The notes beneath the pieces are model-generated. The model worked only from the letters and a program-made list of their open reading frames with translations, did not search any database and was not told the DNA's origin. The position numbers were made by a program, and so were the translations under genes. From Vermamoeba vermiformis (lineage: Eukaryota), in NCBI GenBank assembly GCA_045837725.1, contig JBEWZL010000276.1, positions 1 to 64,000 on the forward strand: DNA of 64,000 nucleotides. Reading direction: 5' to 3'. This document shows, piece after piece, positions 1-10,940 of the stretch; within the stretch, counting starts at the first letter, position 1, and each line of letters opens with the position of its first letter.

Positions 1-16
1 ATTGAAACAGTTTGGT

Positions 17-2082
17 TTATTCGTTTAACATTCGATGAAATTTGACTGACACTAAATGCTCTTCACCCCCATTCAAGTCATTTGATATTCCGCACACTTT
101 AAAACTTTTTGCAACGATGTCGGCTGGGACACGATTCCACGCAGATACTATCCAGTTGACAACAAGTTGCTTGGTGGGGCTCTGAAACACTGTTTGGTTA
201 GCTCTCCAGCGATCATGCATAGCCCTGTAATGATGCTTGAATGACTTGTTAATTGACACGTCAAGAGGCTGGACAATTGGGGTGCAAGCAGGAGGTATCA
301 AAACAATGTGTGTGTTAGCAAATTGGCGTTGTTTTGAGGCTTGAAATTTCTTATGTCCTCCAAATTCATCCCAAACTAGCAAGTTCACATTAGTCCCAAC
401 ATGGTGATGCCAAACTTTATCAAACCACAGCCGTGTCAAAGAGTGATCGTTCCAAGCGTTTTCTTGAAAGGCAATGTGTGCCACTTTAGGGGATACTACT
501 ACACCTTTGACGCAGGCAGTAGTTTTACCTTTGAATATAATCATGGGTGGTAACTTGGTGCCGTCAGCCATAACAGCTAATATCACAGTGACGCGACTGC
601 GTGATGCCCCAGATGTTTTGACAACGACCGTCTTTGATCCTCGTTTTTGAACAACCTTTCGAGCAGGAACCTCATAGTAAATGGCTACTTCATCCATATT
701 TCCAATGAAGTTGACTGGAATGCAGTGGTTTTGACGATTGGTGTTGATTGATGTCCAGAATTTGTCCAGTTCCTCGGCGAGTGCCTCGCGTGTGTACAGT
801 TTTGAGGTTGACACAGTTGGAGTGCGTAACGAAAGGTTGTGCCTGCGAAAGAAGCCGTGCAACCATTTATCAGATGCCGCAAAATTAGGGTGGATCAACT
901 TTGCTTTGTCTTTGATGTTTTGCGGTGTCACTGATAGTTTGCGGTCACGACGGGCTAATATCCATGAACACAATTGAATCTCTTCAGCCTCTGTCAACAG
1001 TGGTTTGCGTCCACCACCATGTTGACGCAGCCTTCCAAATTGCAATGTTTTTTGTCGCCAAGAATACAAAGTTGATTTTGGAATTTTGAAAAGACGCGAC
1101 ACCTCAGCAACTCCAAGACGTTTAATTTGATCCAAAATGTAAATAAACTGGCGACGATTTCGCTTTAAAGAATTATACGAGTTAAGTCGCCGCTTAACGT
1201 TAAAGGGTTGGGAGGTAACTGGTCGCGGACACACATCAGGCTTTGAAGCTTGTTTTACTTGCAGACGATGTTTTAAGAAGTCAAATTTATCTAAATTATA
1301 GTAAGATATATGTATTATAAGTCTCTGCCCATCGTAAGTAAGCCAATGAATGAGCCACCAGGTGACCGGTAACAAATCCATTAACAGACCACAGATGAAC
1401 AAAGAGCATCAGTAAAGCATACCTGAGAATGGAACAACTGGAAAATCACAGGAATTCACTTTAGTGAGTGTCTGCTTGTGTTGTACTGGAGACTGTTGCA
1501 GTTGAGGAGGCTGATCTAGTGCCTGAATGTCAGGATCTAGTTCTGTTAGTAATTGATCAAATTCGATGGGATTTTTTTTGTTTATAGTCAATTAGACTGT
1601 GCGCGTTCCAAATATGCAAACAGAATTGAATTCTGTTGCATAGTAACCCGTCGAGACCCGCGACAAGACCCGCGAAAAATTTGGTTCCTTGCAATGCTAT
1701 TCAGCTCAATGAACACAGAATTTAAAGTGTCTTATATGTCGAAGTAGGTTATTTGAGGTGTAGAATTCGAATTTGATGTCAAAATAAGGTTCTGAGCTCA
1801 TGCGATCCCAGGCGTGGATTTACGATTTGGATTAAAATTTTGTACTGACTTGTACTCCACTCAAAAATTCTATCTATTGAATAGATATATATAACAATAT
1901 TTTACAATACCTCTTGTGATAGTTTTGGATGCTTTGGCTGCAGGTCGATTTTGCTGGCTAGATCTAACTTGTACCTCTGCTTGCTCATCTGCAAACCATT
2001 TCCTATGGCGACCCCTTCTTCTGTCACTCCTGCGCAATGACCCAGGCTTGAGTTGCTTATAATATCTCTCTACTGTGGTCAT
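17..2082 (-). CDS. pogo-superfamily (Passer/POGK-like) DD35D transposase; predicted exons 2082-1911, 1542-1423, 1290-17 (521 aa)
   Basis: N-terminal HTH (GVAEVSRLFKIPKSTLYSW), CENP-B-type HTH (FAASDKWLHGFFRRHNLSLR), catalytic NMDE / LVWDEFGGH / QPLD with 35 residues between D2 and D3, and C-terminal SFKVCGISNDLNGGEE. The upstream exons join in frame through GT-AG introns 1910-1543 and 1422-1291. Confidence 0.9.
1541..1856. repeat. 316-bp inverted repeat, left copy (inside intron 1 of the transposase gene)
   Basis: Its reverse complement matches 2394-2709 with 5 mismatches and no gaps by manual alignment. Confidence 0.97.
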
Positions 2083-2216
2083 ATTGGTTCGATTGGAATA
2101 AAATTAATAAAATTATTCACCAATGGCCTTATTTTGGAAATTTTTGAATTCAGTCTCTTTGCTACCAGTTTTATTTGCCAGAATAGCACCAAAGGGTTTT
2201 ATTTTAGATATTTATC
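2083..2216. promoter_or_regulatory. Putative bidirectional promoter between the two divergent ATGs
   Basis: 134-bp AT-rich gap between ATG 2082 (-) and ATG 2217 (+); inferred from position only. Confidence 0.55.
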
Positions 2217-4181
2217 ATGTATCAAGACCTCGAATTGACCTCATTACAATCTCTGCTTGAGCACTGGCAACATCCAGGGCCAGTAACAGTGATTCTCCAA
2301 GGAATCCAACGCAGCACTGGAAAAGACAATCAAAAGAAGATGTACAGGTATTATATATACTCTAGATACCCTTAGTATCTAATTTATAACTTCAGTACAA
2401 GTCAGTACAAAATTTTAATCCAAATCGTAAATCCACGCCTGGGATCGCATGAGCTTGGAACCTTATTTTGACATCAAATTCGAATTCTACACCTCAAATA
2501 ACCTACTTCGACATATAAGACACTTTAAATTCTGTGTTCATTGAGCTGAATAGCATTGCAAGGAACCAAATTTTTCGCGGGTCTTGTTGCGGGTCTCGAC
2601 GGGTTACTATGCAACAGAATTCAATTCTGTTTGCATATTTGGAACGCACACAGTCTAATTGACTATAAACAAAAAAAATCCCATCGAATTTGGTCAATTA
2701 CTAACAGAATTGGATTTTACAGAATTCTGGTCACAGATGGTGAACTGCAGACTAACTTTGTTCACAACTCGACTCTAGCTGCCTGGGTTAGTCAAAATCT
2801 GAGTTCTGGTCGCCTACTGAAGCTTCCTGCAAGCAGTTGGGCATTTGTAAATGTTGACGAGTAAGTGCGAACTTATTTATTGCGGCGCCGCTAACATTGA
2901 TTAGGACAAAGACACTGTGCATTACAGACACAAGCAATATTCAATATTCAGAAAAAACACCTCATGTGAAGCCCCTATACCACATTGGCTTGGGTCCTAA
3001 TGTTAGCGAGTTGCCGGCGCCACCGCCAATCAAGTCAAAAAGCGACCAAATTGTCGACTCCACTGGCATATCAGATCAAGCACCAGACAACAACATAGGA
3101 CCCGATTCAAATGCAGAATTAATCACAAGTGATGTTCCAGCAGTAGACAACCAAAGCGAGAGTGCCGATGATGAAATTGATGACTTTGTAAGTTTTCAAC
3201 TAATTGCCGAACGTTTAATAACTCATTCTGTAGTATCAAACCATGAAGCAAGACAATGATAAACTCTACTCTTTCTATTACAAGAAGCATCCGATCCAGT
3301 ATCCAAACAATTCGCGCGCTTACTCTGCATTGCTGGTTCGAAAGTCGAAAAAGCGAGTGCGGGTTGGATATGATTATGACACAAAAGATTATGGGGTTGT
3401 CAGCGTTATTGCAGTTCTCAAAGTGCGAAATGGAAAGGCTTCTTTATTAGTTTTGGATGCCGAGGACGAAGTCCAGCGTGTGTCACCATCTTCGGTCAAA
3501 AATGAAGTTGGACAATCCAGTGCAACAGTAGTCAAGTCATCAGAGAAAAGAGTACATCAGTATTTGGAGCAATCTGAAGATACGGAGCCAATTTATTCAC
3601 CACAAACACCTCGCCAAAGAACTGTTGTCACGCGCACTTCCACTTCTGCGATCAACTCGAAGCAAACTCCCAATACTAACTCCATGCAACTTGTGATATC
3701 TCGTATTGAAGCACTTGAAAAGGAAGCCAGAGAGACCAAAGAGAGCATTCAGAAGCTGTCGAAACTACTGGAGGCACAATCTGCTAATTTGGCTAAAAAT
3801 TCTAACTCTGCTCCTCAATATCCTATGTTTGTTCCCTACCCTCAACTTAAAGGATATTTTGAACCAGCCCAGCAGTCTCCCAATAATGAAAATCGAAAAC
3901 GAACACACCGCTCTCGCTCTCGCTCCCGCTCACCATCTCCCAAGTCTTCGCGTCACAAACGGCACCCTTGGCAACTGAAATACTACAGTGACTCCAGATC
4001 ATCTTCATCCCGCTCTAGATCTGCCTCAAACTCACCTGAGAGGAGTTTTGAAAAGCACTACAAGAGGCGAAGATCCAGATCTCCAGATCGCCGACACCGA
4101 TTGACTCACCAATCCCCACGCTCACCCACTAGGTATGATTCATATGCACACAAGAGTTATAAGAAACAAAGATTTTATTAA
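2217..4181 (+). CDS. Unknown protein of about 499 aa: RPA70N/TPP1-like OB fold at the N terminus, acidic linker, beta-rich domain, coiled coil, Arg/Ser-rich tail; predicted exons 2217-2347, 2723(or 2708)-2860, 2905-3187, 3234-4181
   Basis: Four exons splice in frame with canonical GT-AG and join ORFs 2556..2864, 2897..3259 and 3243..4181. The spliced motif KMYRILVTDG resembles RYRLLMSDG of RPA70N. The tail contains RSRSRSRSPSP. Confidence 0.75.
2394..2709. repeat. 316-bp inverted repeat, right copy (inside intron 1 of the OB/RS gene)
   Basis: See the left copy. It ends in ...TACTAACAGAA, the branch point/acceptor region. Confidence 0.97.
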
Positions 4182-4605
4182 ATAATAAACACCATTCCAA
4201 ATTTCTTCAACTTGTTTTGCTTTACGACTTATTTGGCAGTTTACAGTACACCAATTTTAATGCTGCGATCGAGAAATGTCGTTCCTGAAACCACATCGGT
4301 TTGACAATTTTGTGTTAATTCAATTTAATTACGCATAAATTTTTTGAATGCAACGGTTGCGTTAGTATCTGCTTCAGATTTTGAAAGAAATCTTGTTTTG
4401 CTTTTAACTTACATCCACTTCCCTTCGCTGGCAAACGCGGTAAAACAATTGACAATCACAATAACGTGCTAAAATAGTATGATTAAACATCTCAATTATT
4501 TCTGTTATCTGTTCGCTGATCTGTTTCAGTTGTGAAAAATAAAAGTTGAAGAGTTTGAGACCGAACATTCCAAACACTGGATCAACACAGCTAATATCTT
4601 TAATT

Positions 4606-6253
4606 ATGGCTACAGAGTATACGGAACGAGTCAAGTAAGAGAATGGTGCTTTAGCAAGAAAAATATCGGATCTGATCTTATTGTTTTATTCATAAACAAC
4701 TTAAAAATTGACAACTAACAGGAATTTATAATTATTTAATATATTGTTGATTTTAATACAATTTTAAACGGTATAATCGCTCAATAACTAATTTAGAAAG
4801 TCAGATCCATTTTTTGAAAATTTTTGTAAGCTAACGTAGTGGTTGTAGGCGTCGCTTGAACAATATTCTCGAATCGACTGACTTAAATATCGGCAAAAAA
4901 TTTGCCGGCAAAGTCCGCGACGTTTATGAATTGCCGAATGAGATCGTGATCGTCACTACAGATCGACTCAGCGCCTTTGACAGAAAATTAACAAGCATTC
5001 CTTTTAAAGGGTACATATAAATACAATATTACTACCATAAAGATGCTAATTATTACATTAGACAAGTGTTAAACCAAACAGCAGCGTTTTGGTTCGAACA
5101 AACCAAGCACATCTGTCCAAACCACATTATTGCCATCCCCGATCCTAATGTTATCGTGTGCAAGAAATGCACCGTATTTCCCGTAGAGGTAAAATGCATT
5201 CCTTTAATCTCGAACCATCTACATCCGATCTGCAAATTCAATTCCTGCCACAAGAGCTTTTATGACCTGGTTATACTTACTAATTGTATCAAATAGGTTG
5301 TTGTTCGAGGTTATGCTACTGGAAGCACTGCTACCTCATTGTGGACTCATTACAGGTAAGATCCGTCTTTTCATTTAACTTTGAAACTGCTCATTTCTTC
5401 GCCACATCCGAGATACTTATAGTTTTATATATTATAGTAAAGGAGAACGTAAATATTGCGGTCACGTCTTGCCTGATGGCCTGAAAAAAGATCAAAAATT
5501 ACCACAAGCTATTGTGACTCCTACAAGTACGTTCCACGAGTCCTAATTGTTGTCTTATAAGACTATTTTATTTATTATAAGTATTATAATATTAATTCAA
5601 TGCTATTTTAGCTAAGAGTGACGAGCACGACGAATTGATTTCAGGCGAAGAAATTATTGCTAAAGGATTAATGAGCGAGGTAATAATAGCACTAAGGCAT
5701 TATAACAGGTAATATTGGGGCTAATGTTCATTATAATAGGCTGATTGGAAAGTTGTGCACGACATGGCATTGAAATTGTTTGCTTTTGGTCAAGATCTAG
5801 CCGCCAAGAATGGAATGATCCTCGTTGATACTAAATACGAGTTTGGCAAGGACGTACAAGGCAACATTTTATTAATTGATGAGAGTAAGCAGATCCACAA
5901 CACTTCCTAAAAAGGAAATATTTTGTACTGACAAATACTTCTCAGTTCATACACCTGATAGCTCGCGTTATTGGATTGCATCGAGTTACGAAGAAAGATT
6001 CAATGCAGGACAAGCACCTGAAAGCGTTGATAAGGATATTGTAAGAAATTGGTACCGACAGCACTGCGATCCGTACAAGGATGAAGTATTGCCGAAAGCA
6101 CCCGAAGACTTAATTGTGTTGCTCGCTGAACGATATATTAACCTTTATGAGCGTATTACTGGCCAGAAATTTGAGTTCCCTTCCGAGCAAGACGAAAATA
6201 TTCCTGTCGGATCCCGCGTGGAAACCAACTTGAAAAAATACTACAACAAATAA
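4606..6253 (+). CDS. ADE1: SAICAR synthetase (phosphoribosylaminoimidazole-succinocarboxamide synthase), multi-exon
   Basis: Motifs [45 protein letters not shown] and DKDIVRNWY across exons; first exon MATEYTERV at 4606. Confidence 0.95.
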
Positions 6254-6301
6254 AACTACAGTAAATCAATTTTAAATTTATTAAATCTAAAGTTTATGCT
6301 A

Positions 6302-9300
6302 TTACTTCTTTTTCTTCTTGGTAGTAGTAACGACAAAAGCAGACAGATCCATTGTGTTTTCTTCCTCGTCTGGCTGTCGTTCTGATCCAAAAAAAATTAG
6401 CTCGGTGATGCTATTTAATTAAATTATGCACTTACCATATTGGTCATAATCTTCTTCCTCATTATAATACTCCTCTGAGTCATAATCGTCGTACTCGTGA
6501 ATAGCGTGGGCAATGCGGTCGTCGGTGGATCCCAACAAGGCGACAACACTGTTCGGATCTAAAAATAGGATTAGTTACCATTTATGGTAATATCAATAAT
6601 AGCCGACAGGAACTTACTAATCTTTTCTTGCTTATTGTAAACAGGTTTGCAGGTTCGATGCACTTCTTTCTGGATCAGCTCGGGCAACTCAGCAAATTCT
6701 TCGCTGTAAACAATATCTTCGTAGTGCTTCTTAATGATGTCCAAGCAATGGTTCTTAAGGACTTTAGAGTTGTACACGGATGCAATTTGGAGCACAGGCA
6801 ACACCGTGTCTTCGTCCAAATGTTCGCTAATGTAATGCTCGCACTTGTACTTCAACGAGTTGATTCTGTATTGGTGACTCAACATGAACAATTCCAAGAT
6901 GTAATTGGCTGATAATATCGCCTTGCTGGAGTACAAATACTCCAAAACTGAATACAAGACCTGAGAAAAAAAAATGACACGTGTCAAATTCAAAATTTCC
7001 ATATTAAGTCATAAAAAAATGGTCAGGACGTACCATGTAATCAGCCTCAACAGGAATGGCCGCGTATTTTGTAGCCTCAGCCATGCCACTGTCAAACATT
7101 GCCCTGAAGTACGAGTTGCGGCAGTACAACAGTGCCTTGTGCGCGTACAATTCTTCTCCGCTGTTGTCAATAGCAAATTTAATGTCGTGATATTCTTTTG
7201 AGTTCAACATGGTGCTCAAATCAGTTTCAAGCGTTGAACGAGGAATCCACTTGATTTGCTTCGAGTGAGGGCTGTTTTCAATTGTAATCTTGCAAATAGC
7301 CACAAGACGAGGCAATTCATATCTTCAAATAATTATTAATAAAATAATATTAATAAAAATAGAATGGTTTGTACCTTGTTGCTACGGGCAAAAGTTTCTC
7401 GGCGACTTCAACAGTCAATCCGTCGACAAAATCAGTGTACAAAAATTCAATCAGGGCCAAGAAACTCTCGTAAGTGAAGTCAGAGTCGGTGATCTTGATT
7501 TCTTTTTTAGCAGCGTTCGAGTTGTTTTTGTCCATATCCGCAAACAACTTTTTAAATTCTTTTGATCGTGCTGCTAAAATGAACTGATGCGCATTGATAT
7601 TATGATCTACATTAATAATAGTATATGTTAGCCTATCATAGCGTGTAATTACAAGTGCAAGTTCGCTTACCTTCAACGACAAATGTTACGTCAGAAAATT
7701 TGTCGCTGTTGACTAATGCCTTCAAGTTAAGGCTGATCAATGGCTTTTTAGCTACACGGCACATTTGTTAGTTCATTATTGACGAGACATTTTTTTCTAC
7801 GGTTAAACTTACAGACTAACACGGCACAAGTGTCAGCACTGAGACCAATGTGCAAGACTTGTTTGGTGTGCACGCCCTCAATGACACTAGGAGGGCTCGG
7901 TTGGTTCACTTTGAACTGATCGCCGTGGCCCAACACAGCGGCACCACGTCCCCAACTGTACAAATCTCCGTTCTCTGTCGCAAGTGTTAGTTAACCAGCG
8001 AAATTTCTGTGAGATTTTTAACGTACTTGACAAAGCAACAGTGACTTGATTGCCGCATCGGACCAGTTCCCAGCCTCGGTCCAAAGCGTCAATGTCAATC
8101 GCTACGGGCAACAACGAGTAACTTTGAGAGGGTCTGTCGGCCAATGGTGGTCTGCCGCATTGACCCATCGTGTTGTCTCCCCACGTCCACATGACACCAT
8201 CCTCTACACGCAGAGATTAGCCGCTGGTCGAATGTTTTCATTGTACAAAATTCTACGTACCAGCAATAGCGCAAGTATGATCCCAACCACATTGCACGCT
8301 CTTGAACTTCTTGTCTTCGAAGAATTCAACACGACGAGGATAACCGCTCAATGTCACCGTCTCCGTGCCATGACCAAGTTTACCGCGAGCTGGTCCACCC
8401 CACGTGTACACAAAGCCATCTATAATATCAACAGTAAACATCTACTTAAGTAATACTGAGCGTTGTTCTACGTACCAGCAATGCAGGCAGTGTGCGTCTG
8501 ACCACAAGACACGTGCGTGACGTTCTTCAAAGTAATAGCTGTGGGATGTCCTTTGACCAGTTGAGGCGTGTCAATGGAGCCGAATTTAGATTCGAGACCA
8601 AGTTGGTGCGTTTCATTTCTTCGCATTAACGTTAGTGCCAGTACATTGACGCATTCGAGTGTATTGACGTACCTGCCCCAAGTGTACAAAGTGCCGCTCT
8701 CAGTGATGCAAGCAGTGTGATGGACACCAGCGCTAATGTAAACAATCTTGAGCGCGTCGATTGATTTGATGAGCTCAGGGAACTGTAATTGAACGACGTC
8801 TTTGTGACCTAATTGACCGAATTCACCTTCACCCCACGAGTACACGCGACCAGTATCTGAACCACAAGAATTACTATACTATCTTAACATAGGCTGCTAT
8901 AATAATACTTACCAGTCAGTGCCAAGGTGTGGTTTTGACCGCAAGAAATTTGTCGAACATTAATGCCCTTGATGCCATCGATGATGCGTGGAATAGGTTG
9001 ATAAGCCAATGAATTGTGGCCCGTTTGACCGTACGACGATGTGCCCCACGAGTACACATCACCAGTGTCTATAAATAGATCACGTTAGTAACTAAAAATA
9101 GATTTTTCTAAGAGTGGCACGTACGTGTCAAAGCGACGGTGTGCGCGACACCACACTCAATAGACACAATGTCCTTGTGAATGAGAGCGGTCACAGTGAC
9201 GGGCACATTGCTGTCCTCGGTCTTCTTGCTGCCCAATTGACCGTCAATGCCTCGGCCCCAAATTAAGATATCACCTGCTGCACCGGCAAAGTACGGGGAC

Positions 9301-10148
9301 TCCTCTGACAAAAGAAAAAATATTAATTTATATTTGAATTTGGACTTCTTATTTGTATTGTTAATATTAGTATTTACCTAGATGAGTGGCTCGCATTAAC
9401 TTTGCGATTTGTTTTGCTTCGTCATCGTCTTCAGAGATCGGCTTGTGGTTAACAAGACTATCGCCATCATCGTTGTTATGGTTGTTAATTATTGTTGTTA
9501 TGATCGTTAAATTCCAAAAAGTTATCTTCTAACTCGTTCCATTCAGCCTCATCCAGATCCAAACCGTTTCTACGTTCCGCGTCCTCGAGTTCGGCGATGC
9601 TCGGAGTATAGCCAGATCGAAACTTCTTGCCGCCAACTTGCATAATAGAATTCGACCTCACCTGTACTACCTTAGGCTGGCCAATTAACACGGGGTATCC
9701 GAGCGGTGAAGGCATGTAACGGGCATTGCGATCGGCAGCTGTCTCGTAAATATTTCCACGGTGTTTCTAAAATAGATATTAACGTCACACAAAGAAATTT
9801 GTGGGTAGAGTACGAATTATGAACGATTTGTATGCTAATCTTAATTATTTGAATTTAAGTTGTTTTGGAGAAGGAATTCAGAATTGATCGCTCAAATTTA
9901 ATTTAAGAAAATTGATAGAACACGATCACCTCCACTAATAATTATAATTAAGTACATACATGTAATACGCGCATTCGGGCAAACACTGCATCCACTCGTT
10001 GCCGCTCATCTTGCGTTAACGTTGCTTTCAGTGCAACTCGTCCGTCCTTGTCCAAACCAACTAGCATTCTACAAACCTCTTGCAAGTTTGCTGGCGTGCT
10101 CAATTGGGTGAACGCACGGGTCATATAAATGGTCTTAGCGTTTGACAT
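6302..10148 (-). CDS. RCC1-repeat plus tandem BTB/POZ domain protein, multi-exon; apparent +1 frameshift near 9487
   Basis: Repeated YSWGxGxxGQLGH...SCGxxHT motifs (7750-9310), BTB motifs HQFILAARS and YAHKALLYCRNSYFRAMF, and a BACK-like tail. Exon 10148-9960 splices in frame to 9766. The 5' part could alternatively be a separate small gene ending at 9485. Confidence 0.85.
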
Positions 10149-10228
10149 CTTAGATGTGTTCGTCAGGCCAAAAATTAAAAAATAAATCTCTTGTAACCCG
10201 CCAAGGAAGCAACACACCTTATCACAAT

Positions 10229-10612
10229 ATGTCATCATCATCAGGCTCCGCTACAACTTCCGCCGCACCTGTGACTGGATCACACAGAGCTGGATTGCAG
10301 TTCCCTGTTGGCAGAATTTCCCGCATGCTAAGAGAAGGAAAATACGCAAACCGTATAGGTGTTGGTGCTCCTGTATATTTAGCAGCAGTATTAGAATATC
10401 TAGCAGCTGAAATCCTCGAATTATCTGGAAATTCTGCCCTTGATCAAAAAAGACTACGGATTGTGCCGAGAGACATTCAATTAGCCATCAGAAACGATGA
10501 AGAATTAAATAAGCTACTTTCTGAAGTTACTATTGCATCTGGAGCAGTTCTGCCTAATATTCACAGCGTCCTGTTGCCCAAAACTGACTCCAATCCCGAT
10601 CCACAACAATAA
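10229..10612 (+). CDS. Histone H2A, divergent variant, intronless
   Basis: [54 protein letters not shown]. Confidence 0.95.
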   Translation: MSSSSGSATTSAAPVTGSHRAGLQFPVGRISRMLREGKYANRIGVGAPVYLAAVLEYLAAEILELSGNSALDQKRLRIVPRDIQLAIRNDEELNKLLSEVTIASGAVLPNIHSVLLPKTDSNPDPQQ

Positions 10613-10940
10613 GAACTGTCAATAGTAATTTTCTGTAATATTTACCGAATATTAGGGCTAATATTAATTTATTAGCTAATTTATTATTGCAATAAAAATC
10701 TAATTTAATTTCTTCGAATTAGACACGATGTGATCGCAATTAGAAACGATTTCATTCCCTGGCAAGTGGTAATATAATACTAGCGCTGCATTTGTTAGCT
10801 TTTATGCAAGGCGCGGATTGGCGTTAGACAGAGCGCACTTTTAGTGCGCTGCAATTACAGTGAGATTTCATTTTTTACTCTAATGAAATAACGTTAACGT
10901 GCAAGATGGAGAAACAACAAGAGACAAAACCCGCGATACA

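Noticed and set aside
1553-2697. Near-identical 64-aa ORFs 1553..1747 (+) and 2503..2697 (-)
   Set aside because: They are by-products of the inverted repeat, antisense to introns, with non-ATG starts.
1541-2709. Simple MITE or foldback element with outer termini at 1541 and 2709
   Set aside because: There is no target-site duplication at the outer ends, which coincide with splice acceptor regions, and the interior holds in-frame first exons of the flanking genes.
5921-5932. TTTTGTACTGAC as the matching terminus of the pogo repeat
   Set aside because: The match is short and is explained as the branch-point region of a SAICAR synthetase intron.
9948-10148. H2B partner divergent from H2A
   Set aside because: It has no histone-fold motifs, and it has a GTATGT donor that splices in frame into the downstream minus-strand exon.
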